From Oscillospiraceae bacterium (GTDB taxonomy: Bacteria > Bacillota > Clostridia > Oscillospirales > Ruminococcaceae), in NCBI GenBank assembly GCA_045628605.1, contig JAZQPR010000262.1, positions 449 to 64,448 of the forward strand: DNA of 64,000 nucleotides, written 5' to 3'. The position numbers and the translations under genes were made by a program. Position 1 is the first letter of the stretch. Each line of letters opens with the position of its first letter. This document shows, piece by piece, positions 47,811 through 56,433 of the stretch. The notes beneath the pieces were generated by a model. It searched no databases, had not been told where the DNA came from, and saw nothing but the letters and a program-made list of their open reading frames with translations.

Positions 47811-47839
47811 AGCTGCGATTTGATCCGCAGCTTTTTTTA
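47811..47839 (+). terminator. Rho-independent terminator
   Basis: agctgcg/cgcagct stem followed by T7. Confidence 0.8.
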
Positions 47840-47893
47840 TTATAACAACACAGAGGATATCCCTCGCCTCTGCTTGTTAAAAGCAGAGCTTTG
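47840..47893 (+). repeat. Full copy of the ~54-nt intergenic repeat (opposite genomic orientation)
   Basis: tataacaacacagaggatatccctcgcctctgcttgttaaaagcagagctttg is the reverse complement of the 9065 copy with 1 mismatch and one base fewer. Confidence 0.85.
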
Positions 47894-48182
47894 AATAACA
47901 AAATATCTTCCGCTGTATTTTAAACCATAAAATATTACAAAGTTATTACAAATTAGTTTCAATTTGAAATATTGTATTTAACTTTTATTTACTCATACTC
48001 AATGACAAAACTTAAAAATTTCCGTTATATGGTATGTATAAGTACAAAACGGCAACTTAAGACTGTAATTGCATAAAATAATTTGTTAATAATGCATATG
48101 GACATTTCTTAAGATAAATGATACAATAAAGTTACAAGGTGTAATAATTGTGTAATATTATTCACTGATTATTTTACCAATG

Positions 48183-48229
48183 TGTAATATATATTACAAA
48201 AACATTATAATTGTGTAATACTTATTACA
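48183..48229. promoter_or_regulatory. Two 16-bp palindromic operators upstream of the LRR gene
   Basis: TGTAATATATATTACA (48183-48198) and TGTAATAcTTATTACA (48214-48229), centres 31 bp apart. Extra TGTAATA/TATTACA half-sites at 48140, 48151, 47933 and 47944. Confidence 0.55.
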
Positions 48230-48265
48230 TTAGTTTTCTTTAGCATTTTTCAAAAGGGTGAAATT

Positions 48266-49180
48266 ATGAACGCAAGTAAATTTACAGTTTCGATATTATC
48301 AGTTTCCAAAGCAGGGAACACAGCTTCATCTGAAAAATATTTGATCAGATGTTTTGATAAAAAAGATAATAGCAGCAGTAAGATCAGCTGTAAACTTGAT
48401 CGTACCGGAACATTAGTTATCAATGGTTCGGAAGCTGTAGTTTCATATAATCGTTCAATAAATAATATCAGGAATTCTGTAAAGAAGATTATTTTTGAAA
48501 AAGGTATTATCGGAATCGGACCTGAAGCATTCAGGGATTTTAATAATCTTAATGAAATAATAATCTCTTCTTCCGTTGATTATATTGACAGAGGCGCTTT
48601 TATGAACTGTGATAAACTATCAAAAGTATTTATTTCACACGGGATCAAAAGTATCGGCGATAATGCTTTTATGTCATGTATTTCACTCAAAAGTATTATT
48701 ATTCCTTCAGGAACAACCAGAATAGGTTCCGGATGCTTTGAAAACTGCATTAACCTCAAAGAAATTACTATACCGGATTCTGTTAAAATAATTAATGCTC
48801 ATGCATTCAGAAACTGTATAGCTTTAAAAAGTATCGGTCTTCCTGATGGTCTTAAAGATATCAGCAAAGATACATTTGACGATTGTAAATTCCTTAATGA
48901 TTATTCTGTTCCCGGTGATTTTCAGAAAGATGAGAGTGAAAATCAAGTCTGCAATATTGATTTTTCAAATGATGAATCATCTTCTGATTTCACCGGGGAA
49001 GAAGAGAAGATCAGTATTTTTGAATTATCTTCTCTGGATCATTATATATTAAATAATCTTAATACAAAAAAACAACATTCAAAAAATACATCACAAAAAT
49101 CAGAAAATATCAGAAAGAAATATGAAGTATTATTTTCAAAGAATTTTCTGACACCTGTTGAACTCAATAACAGAATTTAA
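48266..49180 (+). CDS. Leucine-rich repeat protein (BspA-type LRR)
   Basis: Repeats of the form IPxSVxxIGxxAFxxCxxLKxI (about 6 units). No signal peptide. Confidence 0.8.
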   Translation: MNASKFTVSILSVSKAGNTASSEKYLIRCFDKKDNSSSKISCKLDRTGTLVINGSEAVVSYNRSINNIRNSVKKIIFEKGIIGIGPEAFRDFNNLNEIIISSSVDYIDRGAFMNCDKLSKVFISHGIKSIGDNAFMSCISLKSIIIPSGTTRIGSGCFENCINLKEITIPDSVKIINAHAFRNCIALKSIGLPDGLKDISKDTFDDCKFLNDYSVPGDFQKDESENQVCNIDFSNDESSSDFTGEEEKISIFELSSLDHYILNNLNTKKQHSKNTSQKSENIRKKYEVLFSKNFLTPVELNNRI

Positions 49181-49222
49181 CTACTCTAATATAAATTTCT
49201 AATTATAAACCCTAAAGAAAAA

Positions 49223-49247
49223 AGCAGACCGGCCGGTCTGCTTTTTT
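49223..49247 (+). terminator. Rho-independent terminator
   Basis: agcagaccgg/ccggtctgct perfect stem with flanking A and T runs. Confidence 0.8.
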
Positions 49248-49400
49248 CATATATTAGAGATAGCAAAATGAAACTTTTTGCGAAAATGTCATATTAACAA
49301 ATAAGTGGAGAGACCTGCCTGCTGACAGGCTCTCCGAATTCAAGAATAAAATATTAAATATAAAAGATATTATTATGAAAGACTAAAAATGTTTATGATA

Positions 49401-49445
49401 ACATTTCAATAATGTATTCGTATCAAATGAGTAAAAGTGGACATA
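49401..49445 (+). repeat. Direct repeat, left copy
   Basis: Blocks ACATTTCAATA, GTATTCGTAT and AAGTGGACA are shared, with identical spacing, with 50017-50060. Confidence 0.6.
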
Positions 49446-49497
49446 TATCCGAAAAAAATTTTTTTTTTTTATATTTTAAGAATTGGTCCCTGTTGTC

Positions 49498-49526
49498 TTG
49501 ACATATCTGCGGAAATAGTATATAAT
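49498..49526 (+). promoter_or_regulatory. Consensus sigma-A promoter
   Basis: TTGACA, 17 nt, TATAAT, 22 nt before the small ORF start. Confidence 0.6.
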
Positions 49527-49547
49527 TTCATTAGGGGTGATTTTCAA

Positions 49548-49865
49548 ATGGATAATGAAATTTTACAATTATTAAAGGATATGCGTTCTGAAATGAATTT
49601 AATTCATTCGGAGATGAACACTTTACAAGAAGAAGTTAAAGTAATGAGAAATGAGATCAATTCTATTCGTTTTGAAATGAATGAGAAGTTTTCGATTGCT
49701 AAATCAGAAACAGATGGTATCAGGGATGATTTACTCTCTATAAAAGAAGATACTTCTCTTATCAGGGAACATAGTGAGATTACACGATCTGCTGTTAATT
49801 CTCTTATTGAGTGGGCAGAAGTTGTTGGAAATTTTCCAATGATGAATTCAGATTCACAGTTATAA
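49548..49865 (+). CDS. Small coiled-coil protein (105 aa)
   Basis: ATG after AGGGGTGA. Repeated heptad-like xEMN units (MRSEMNLIHSEMNTLQEEVKVMRNEINSIRFEMNEKF). The track start at 49437 lies upstream of the promoter. Confidence 0.6.
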   Translation: MDNEILQLLKDMRSEMNLIHSEMNTLQEEVKVMRNEINSIRFEMNEKFSIAKSETDGIRDDLLSIKEDTSLIREHSEITRSAVNSLIEWAEVVGNFPMMNSDSQL

Positions 49866-49891
49866 TATTTTAATAATTATAGAAAATCAGA

Positions 49892-49929
49892 TCCGGATAC
49901 TGATGTAAATTCAGTATTCCGGATTTTTT
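49892..49929 (+). terminator. Rho-independent terminator
   Basis: tccggatactga/tcagtattccgga stem followed by T6. Confidence 0.75.
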
Positions 49930-49951
49930 GTTTTTCATCATAAAATTAAAA

Positions 49952-49981
49952 AGCCCGGATGCTTCGATTATCATCCGGGCT
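49952..49981. terminator. Hairpin/terminator
   Basis: agcccggatg/catccgggct stem with an upstream A-run and a downstream T-rich tract. Confidence 0.55.
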
Positions 49982-50016
49982 TTAATGTTCTTTTCTAAAA
50001 AGAACATATTACTTTC

Positions 50017-50060
50017 ACATTTCAATATAGTATTCGTATGAACTTTTATAAAGTGGACAC
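50017..50060 (+). repeat. Direct repeat, right copy
   Basis: See 49401-49445. Confidence 0.6.
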
Positions 50061-50089
50061 TTTTTTTAAAATATTTTTAAAAAATTTTT

Positions 50090-51121
50090 TTAATAAATAA
50101 CAATATTTTTTCCTGAATTTTTTCCGGTATAGAGTTTTTTGTCTGCTTCAGAGATCCATATATCAACATTGTCGTATTTTTTATAGTTCTGTGCTCCAAT
50201 GGTAGCTGTTATTTTAAGAAGTCGGTTTCCGTATGATATTTTGTTTTGTGCTATTCTGTTTTTTAATTCTGACAGTATCTTGATATCAGAAACTTCTTTT
50301 GATCCTAAAATGATAAATTCTTCTCCGCCCCATCTGCAAACTGTACAGTTGCAGCACAGTTTATTTATAATGTCTGCAATCTGTTTTAATACCTGATCTC
50401 CGCAGTCATGTCCATATTCATCATTTATTTTTTTAAAGTCATCAATATCCAGCATTGCCAGCCAGTAATCTGCCAGGTCTTTATTGTCTATTGATTCTAT
50501 GTATGAAAGAAGATAATGTCGGTTATATAATCCTGTAAGCTTATCCTTTAAAGCAAGTTCAGAAAGTATATTTTCATTGTTTCCTATTGCCAGCATAAAA
50601 AGTTTTATAAATATTATGAGTATCGTAAATACTGATATTGAGTTAAAGATCAGAAACCGCATCTGAACTTTTTCATTTAGTACATAAATAGGTCCGTCAA
50701 AATATGATTTAATAATACTGGTAAAGAACGTTAATATTGATATACAGCTAAGTAAATTTGGATTTATCGGACGATTTTTTGCTTTTACCGCTATATAATA
50801 GATGTAAAACGATACTGCAATTATCGGGATGCTGTACATTGCAAATCCGTAGCCAAATCCCATGCATATCGTACCTGCAGTCATCATGCAAAGACAAACA
50901 CCATATAAAGATCCTGTCCATTCATAGTACATTTTCTTTCTAACAAAGTAAAAGCAAAACAGACATACAAAAATATTTACGCCTATGAATATAGTCAGAA
51001 TATTTGTTTTATAATAATTGAAAATAAACAATAAGATGACACTTGCAGCGATCATGAAAAAAGTAAATATATTTGCTGCTATACTTACAACATTTTCATA
51101 AGTAATTTTTTTGAATTTCAT
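50090..51121 (-). CDS. Membrane-bound diguanylate cyclase (GGDEF)
   Basis: ~6 N-terminal TM helices. LTGLYNRHY, DIDDFKKINDEYGH, RWGGEEFIIL. ATG 51121 follows GGGGAG. Confidence 0.88.
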   Translation of the reverse strand: MKFKKITYENVVSIAANIFTFFMIAASVILLFIFNYYKTNILTIFIGVNIFVCLFCFYFVRKKMYYEWTGSLYGVCLCMMTAGTICMGFGYGFAMYSIPIIAVSFYIYYIAVKAKNRPINPNLLSCISILTFFTSIIKSYFDGPIYVLNEKVQMRFLIFNSISVFTILIIFIKLFMLAIGNNENILSELALKDKLTGLYNRHYLLSYIESIDNKDLADYWLAMLDIDDFKKINDEYGHDCGDQVLKQIADIINKLCCNCTVCRWGGEEFIILGSKEVSDIKILSELKNRIAQNKISYGNRLLKITATIGAQNYKKYDNVDIWISEADKKLYTGKNSGKNIVIY

Positions 51122-51415
51122 CAAATTCTCCCCAATCATAATTAGTGTACGAAGTCATATAATTATTATACACTTTTAAATATAATATTTCAATAAAAAT
51201 TTTAAATTATTTAAACTTTAATTTCATCAAATTTCTACAAATTTAATTGATTTTTAGATAAAAAAATGAAAAAATATTTTTCTTTAACAAAATAAAAAAA
51301 TATTTAACTTTTTTATAACGTGTCGATATATATATTAACAATTCATAACTTCACTAAAATGATTAGTAATTATGCAGAGAGGAGAAAGGTTCGGTTTATC
51401 CGAATTATAATTATT

Positions 51416-52171
51416 ATGAAAACAATACTTTACTATTTTACCGGAACAGGAAATTCTCTATATCTTACGCAGCAGCTGTCTGTTCTTATCCCAAATTCAG
51501 AAATACGCTGTGTAACTGAATACAAAGGCAATGTTCATTCCAAATGCATGATCGGTATTATATTTCCTGTATATATGTGGACTCTTCCGAATATAATTAC
51601 AGATTTTGCAAACAAACTCAAATATGACGATTCATGCTATGTATTTTCCATAGCAAATTACGGCGGTCTTCCGGGAAAAGCACTTCAGAATCTTGATGAG
51701 CTTTTAAAGAAAAATAATTCCAAATCACTGTCTGCAGGATTTTATATTCATATGCCGGGTAATTATTATCCGATGTACGGAGGATTATCTGAAGAAAAAC
51801 AAAAGAAGCTTTTTGCGGAAGCTAAAAAGAAGCTTGTATCCATCGCAGAAAAATTAAAGGATCAGCCTGTATTAAAGCCTGAGAAAAGTCATGCTGTGAT
51901 AGACAGTATTATGTATAAGGCATTAAGCAAAAATATATCAACTGTTAAGGAAAGCGACAGCAATTATATAGTAAACGATAAATGCAAAGGCTGCGGTGTA
52001 TGCGTTTCAAAATGTCCTGTAAATAATATAAAGCTTGAAAACAATAAACCTGTATGGATGCATAACTGCGAAGCATGTATGGCATGTCTGCAGTATTGTC
52101 CGAACGGAGCTATCGGCTATAAAGGCGTTAAGGATACCAGAAAAAGATATACCAATCCATTAGTTAAATAA
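51416..52171 (+). CDS. Flavodoxin-like/2x[4Fe-4S] ferredoxin (EFR1-family-like)
   Basis: MKTILYYFTGTGNS, CKGCGVCVSKCP and CEACMACLQYCP. No clear RBS at this ATG. Confidence 0.75.
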   Translation: MKTILYYFTGTGNSLYLTQQLSVLIPNSEIRCVTEYKGNVHSKCMIGIIFPVYMWTLPNIITDFANKLKYDDSCYVFSIANYGGLPGKALQNLDELLKKNNSKSLSAGFYIHMPGNYYPMYGGLSEEKQKKLFAEAKKKLVSIAEKLKDQPVLKPEKSHAVIDSIMYKALSKNISTVKESDSNYIVNDKCKGCGVCVSKCPVNNIKLENNKPVWMHNCEACMACLQYCPNGAIGYKGVKDTRKRYTNPLVK

Positions 52172-52255
52172 ATTTCATCCAAATTAAATAAAAAAGTGCT
52201 GTTATTAAGATATGCGTATATTTTGATATAAAGCACTTTTTTATTTATCCTATAT

Positions 52256-52291
52256 CCTTATTGCGCAAAAGTGTGATTTTGCGCAATAAGG
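52256..52291. promoter_or_regulatory. 15-bp perfect inverted repeat
   Basis: CCTTATTGCGCAAAA, gtgtga, TTTTGCGCAATAAGG. Each arm contains the self-complementary TTGCGCAA. Confidence 0.45.
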
Positions 52292-52369
52292 TATATCACT
52301 CTTCTGTATTGTTTTTAATGTTCTGATACGTTTATATTTATTAAACAATAATATTAAACAATAATAATG

Positions 52370-52409
52370 CGCAGATCAATTATGATTATTGGTTCATAAC
52401 TGATCTGCG
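52370..52409 (-). terminator. Hairpin downstream of the radical SAM gene
   Basis: cgcagatca/tgatctgcg 9-bp stem with a 22-nt loop. Weak T-tract. Confidence 0.4.
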
Positions 52410-52431
52410 GTGTTATGTGAAATATTTGCAG

Positions 52432-54150
52432 TTATTCTATGATCACATATTCAGCATTTCCGTCTGTATCTCTTTTTTTGTAATTGATCAGAACCGTTGT
52501 GTCTTTGAATTCGAGCGTGACCGGATTTAACGGTAATTTTTCAGCATGAGAAAAATTAAGTATTTCTTTCGGATCATATTCTTTAAGTTCAGGAAAATAT
52601 TTTGTAAGTGAATTGTTTCTGACTATGATATCATATATGCCGTTTTTATCAAGCAGATTCTGACATGAGTGAGTCCAGTCCGGATTTCCTTTGGGTCTTT
52701 CATGCAGAATATAGTCAAACTTTAACAGCCATTTGAAAATGTTTATGTCTGAGTCTTTAAATTTACTGAGTGATTTTATAAGAAATTCGTAAGTATCATT
52801 TTTGTTATGTGTTATGTTGTCAATAAATTCTGAACTCTTGGTTTCTGCCAGTTTTTCATATGTCTCAAAATATGAATCTGAATGTTTATAAAGATATTTC
52901 ATTGAATTGATAAAACGTCTGCTGTTATAATATGTCTCTGTCATTTCTTCGATATCCTTCAGAAAAAGAACATCATCATAGCTAAGATACTTTGTTGTGA
53001 GCACTTCATATGGAATATACGGAGAATATTTGATTTCATGTTCTTTAACGATTTTTTCCATTCCGCTTCCATGAAGTACTTTAAGAAATCCAAGCTGAAG
53101 CTGATTCGGAAATAAACTGTGAACATCGTTAAATGATCTTTTAAAGCTGTTCAGGTCCTCATACGGCAGTCCTGCTATAAGATCCAGATGAATATGTATG
53201 TTTTGGTATGACTGTATTCTGTTGACTGTTTCTGTTATTTTATTGAAGTCGCCGTTTCTTGATATCTCTGTGAGGGTGTCATTATTGGTGGACTGTACAC
53301 CGATTTCAAGCTGGAACAGACCCCTTCTTGCATTGCCGAGCAGCTGTATCAGCTCTTCTGTCATTAATTCTGCAGCGACTTCAAAATGAAAGTTTGTTAT
53401 TTTATTATCGTTTTCTATAATGAACGTTATTATTTCTTTTGCAAAATTTTTATTTGCATTGAAGGTTCTATCGACAAATTTCACCTGTTTAACTTTATGG
53501 TCTATAAATATTTTCAGATCCTTTTTAACTTTTTCTATTGGAGCAAATCTTACACCTTTTTCTATTGATGAAAGACAGTACTGACAGTTGAAAGGACAGC
53601 CTCTTGAAGCTTCGTAGTAACATATTTTGTTTGAAATTTCTGAAAAATCTGAGTAAGGAAACGGGATGTCCTCCATATTCATTGGTTCACGCGGAGGATT
53701 TGTTATGATCTCATTTTTGCTTCGAAATGTAATTCCTTTAATATCATTTGTGCTCTCCCCTGTTTCCAGAGCCTTGTACAGGTATTTGGAGGTAATTTCG
53801 CCTTCTCCGCTTATTATGTAATCACATTCGGTTATTGATCGCATTACATCATGAGGGTTGTATGATACTTCAGGACCGCCGAAAACAATTTTAAGTTCAG
53901 GCAGTAAAAGTTTTAGCAGAACAGAGGCTTTTGCTGTTATTTCCTTGTTCCATATATATACTGAAAAAGAAACGATGTCCGGATGAACTTTATAAATATC
54001 ATTTACAATATCCTGAACATAGTTGTTTATGGTGTATTCTTTAAAAATGATTTCTGAAGAGATTTTGTCTTTGCAGTATTCTTTTATACATCTTAATGCA
54101 ATGTTAGTGTGAATATATTTTGCATTGACTGCACAGAGTAATATTTTCAT
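52432..54150 (-). CDS. B12-binding domain radical SAM protein (DUF4080-type C-terminus likely)
   Basis: N-terminal B12-binding-like domain and radical SAM CPFNCQYC. Confidence 0.85.
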   Translation of the reverse strand: MKILLCAVNAKYIHTNIALRCIKEYCKDKISSEIIFKEYTINNYVQDIVNDIYKVHPDIVSFSVYIWNKEITAKASVLLKLLLPELKIVFGGPEVSYNPHDVMRSITECDYIISGEGEITSKYLYKALETGESTNDIKGITFRSKNEIITNPPREPMNMEDIPFPYSDFSEISNKICYYEASRGCPFNCQYCLSSIEKGVRFAPIEKVKKDLKIFIDHKVKQVKFVDRTFNANKNFAKEIITFIIENDNKITNFHFEVAAELMTEELIQLLGNARRGLFQLEIGVQSTNNDTLTEISRNGDFNKITETVNRIQSYQNIHIHLDLIAGLPYEDLNSFKRSFNDVHSLFPNQLQLGFLKVLHGSGMEKIVKEHEIKYSPYIPYEVLTTKYLSYDDVLFLKDIEEMTETYYNSRRFINSMKYLYKHSDSYFETYEKLAETKSSEFIDNITHNKNDTYEFLIKSLSKFKDSDINIFKWLLKFDYILHERPKGNPDWTHSCQNLLDKNGIYDIIVRNNSLTKYFPELKEYDPKEILNFSHAEKLPLNPVTLEFKDTTVLINYKKRDTDGNAEYVIIE

Positions 54151-54256
54151 AATATAAGCACTTCTTTTCGTTACTGTATTTTAGCAAAAAAAATCTTCCT
54201 GATAAAAAATATGCAGGAAGATCATAAAACTTGACTTATGTGGTTAATTAATGTTT

Positions 54257-55330
54257 TTATGATGACAGCTTCTCCAGTGCTCCGGGGGTCAGATAATAAA
54301 TATTTAATGTGTCTACTATCAATGAATCATTAGTATCATTGTTAAGTGATAATTCTATTGCACCTTTTTGTGTATCAATTTCTTTGGCTGCATCAGGATT
54401 AATAAAGAAATTGATCACTGCTGTATTGCTCGGTTCATTCATTGAAAATCTGTCAATGGAAATGTTTTCGCATCCTGAAAGATTAAATTTTCCTGAAAGA
54501 CTGTTTATCGGGTTGTCCCCCTGAACTATAAGAGATATACATTGTATCTGGCTGCCTGAAGGAATTGAAAAGTCTTTGAGGCTGAATGTTAATTTGAGCT
54601 TGTCGCTGTTTGTGATGAAGATGTCGTTTAATTCGCCGTTATGTGTTGATTTTTTATTGTATTCAAATTCTTTTACTAATGGTGTTTTGAAAAATGTGAT
54701 TTTTGTTATTTTAAGTTTATCAAGCTGACCATACCAGTATCCTGCCTGACATTCACCGCTAAAGTCGATTTTTTCACGGACGTTTTCCGGAATAACATAT
54801 TCAAAAGTATATTCATTTGCACCCGGGGCAACGTGAAATTCTTCTCCCTGGAACCACTCATTGCTGTCAGAACGGTTCTGGCTGTCTTCGATACCGTCCC
54901 TTGTGACATTGAATCCGAATCCGCCTTTGAGTTCATTAATTACAGCATCTTCTGCTGAATATGTAACTGCAGCTTTTTCAAGAATTTCTCCCGGTGCTAA
55001 AAATCTTGAAAAGGAAAACGGAAAAGTTTTTGTACCGTTATAACTGATCTCAGCGTCTGAAAAATAGAATTCTTCAGTAAGATTTGAAACAAGCTGTTCT
55101 TTTAATATCTCGATAGAATCAACGTCCTCAGTAGTTTCTGAAGACGCTGTTTCTGCTGATGACACTTCAGTTGTGACTGAAGTGGACGTGTCATCTTTAA
55201 CATTTTTTGTGTTGCTTTTATTGAGCAGGCTGTTTACAATAATACAGCATATAACTGACAGGATAGCAACAACTATAAATGCTATTATAAAACCGGTTCG
55301 GCTGTTATCCTCGGAACTTTTGTTATTCAT
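54257..55330 (-). CDS. Membrane-anchored extracytoplasmic hypothetical protein
   Basis: N-terminal TM (FIIAFIVVAILSVICCIIV), Ser/Thr/Glu linker, two beta-rich modules. ATG 55330 follows GAGAGG. Confidence 0.6.
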   Translation of the reverse strand: MNNKSSEDNSRTGFIIAFIVVAILSVICCIIVNSLLNKSNTKNVKDDTSTSVTTEVSSAETASSETTEDVDSIEILKEQLVSNLTEEFYFSDAEISYNGTKTFPFSFSRFLAPGEILEKAAVTYSAEDAVINELKGGFGFNVTRDGIEDSQNRSDSNEWFQGEEFHVAPGANEYTFEYVIPENVREKIDFSGECQAGYWYGQLDKLKITKITFFKTPLVKEFEYNKKSTHNGELNDIFITNSDKLKLTFSLKDFSIPSGSQIQCISLIVQGDNPINSLSGKFNLSGCENISIDRFSMNEPSNTAVINFFINPDAAKEIDTQKGAIELSLNNDTNDSLIVDTLNIYYLTPGALEKLSS

Positions 55331-55535
55331 TAATGCAACCTCTCTCATTATTATTAGAAAACTCTATTAATTATTATACCATTTTAGATGTTGTTCGTCA
55401 ATCATTTTTCATTTCTGTTCAGTTGTAAAAAAATTCGATTTCATATAACTGAACAGCTTGGAAAAACGTTGATATTGTCAGAAAAATATGGTATTATATA
55501 AGTATGAAAATGCTTAAGGAAAGGGGCAGTGTGAT

Positions 55536-56072
55536 GTGCAGAAAATAAGTTATAAAATAGCTCTCGGAGGAATAATCTCATCTCTGTGTCTGGTTTGTAT
55601 GTTTATGACAGGCGTATTTCCTGTCCTGTATATTGTATTGCCGATGATGGCCGGTCTTCTGATGATGGTCATGAATGAAGAAGTGGATACAAAATGGGCT
55701 TTTCTGACCTACATAGCAACGAGCATTATTTCAATATTTGTTACGTTCGATAAAGAAGCTGCACTCCTCTATATTCTTTTATTCGGGCATTATCCCATTG
55801 TAAAGGGATATATAGACAACTTCCGGAATGGTCCGTTAAAATTTTTTACAAAATTTTTAATTTTTAATATCAGTTTTGGAATTGAAACATTTCTTGCAAT
55901 ATTTCTTCTTGGTTCAATGGAAATGTATAAACAGATACTTGAGAAAGGCAAATGGTATCTGGTGTTTTTCGTAGCTATGATAAATCTGATTTGTTTTATG
56001 TATGATTATTCTCTTGGCGGCTTTTATATTACCTACGTCAGAAAGCTGAAGCCAAAATTAAGAAGCAATTAA
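55536..56072 (+). CDS. Integral membrane protein (about 5 TM)
   Basis: GTG start after AAGGGGCAG. Hydrophobic throughout. Confidence 0.6.
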   Translation: MQKISYKIALGGIISSLCLVCMFMTGVFPVLYIVLPMMAGLLMMVMNEEVDTKWAFLTYIATSIISIFVTFDKEAALLYILLFGHYPIVKGYIDNFRNGPLKFFTKFLIFNISFGIETFLAIFLLGSMEMYKQILEKGKWYLVFFVAMINLICFMYDYSLGGFYITYVRKLKPKLRSN

Positions 56073-56080
56073 AATAATAA

Positions 56081-56111
56081 AGCCCGTACATGAGGTACGG
56101 GCTGTTTTTTT
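56081..56111. terminator. Terminator between convergent genes
   Basis: agcccgtac/gtacgggct stem followed by T-rich gttttttt. Confidence 0.8.
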
Positions 56112-56120
56112 ACATACAGA

Positions 56121-56420
56121 TCAGGTCATGTTAGGAAGAGAAATAGTTTTCTTGTTGACCTCATTTAAAAGAATGTTGGTTTTCTTTTTCAGAAGAGCTG
56201 TGTAAACAAGAGCTTTTCTCATCTCTTTTTTTATGACATATAAATCGATTCGACCTATCAGAAAATCAATGAAAGCAATTTTCTTTTCAAGTTCAGCTTC
56301 ATTTCCGGACAATAAAAGAAATCCTGTTTTATACATTACATTTTTCTGATAAAGCTGTTTGGTAATTTTGAAAACGGCATTATTTATGAATTCAGCATCA
56401 ACATTTTCTGAAACTTTCAC
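56121..56420 (-). CDS. Hypothetical protein (99 aa), last gene of the dynamin-like operon
   Basis: GTG 56420 lies 7 nt after AAGGAGGAG, and the upstream gene's TAA stop is embedded in that RBS. The track start at 56465 would overlap by 32 nt. Confidence 0.55.
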   Translation of the reverse strand: MKVSENVDAEFINNAVFKITKQLYQKNVMYKTGFLLLSGNEAELEKKIAFIDFLIGRIDLYVIKKEMRKALVYTALLKKKTNILLNEVNKKTISLPNMT

Positions 56421-56433
56421 TGCTCTCTCCTCC

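Noticed and set aside
1926-47893. The repeated 54-nt units, considered as a CRISPR array or as IS inverted repeats.
   Set aside because: The copies are kilobases apart rather than regularly spaced with short spacers. No cas, transposase or integrase genes are present, and the flanked segments carry ordinary chromosomal genes.
47803-50089. The AT-rich, accessory-looking stretch (LRR protein, small cassette), considered as a prophage remnant or genomic island.
   Set aside because: I could see no integrase, recombinase, tRNA target or phage structural gene. Only the local repeats are reported, separately.
51320-51415. The N-terminal extension of the ferredoxin ORF from GTG 51320.
   Set aside because: The flavodoxin-like fold begins at MKTILYYFTGTGNS. 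The extension is Ile/Arg-rich and unlike the family. However, the ATG at 51416 lacks a clear RBS, so the start remains uncertain.
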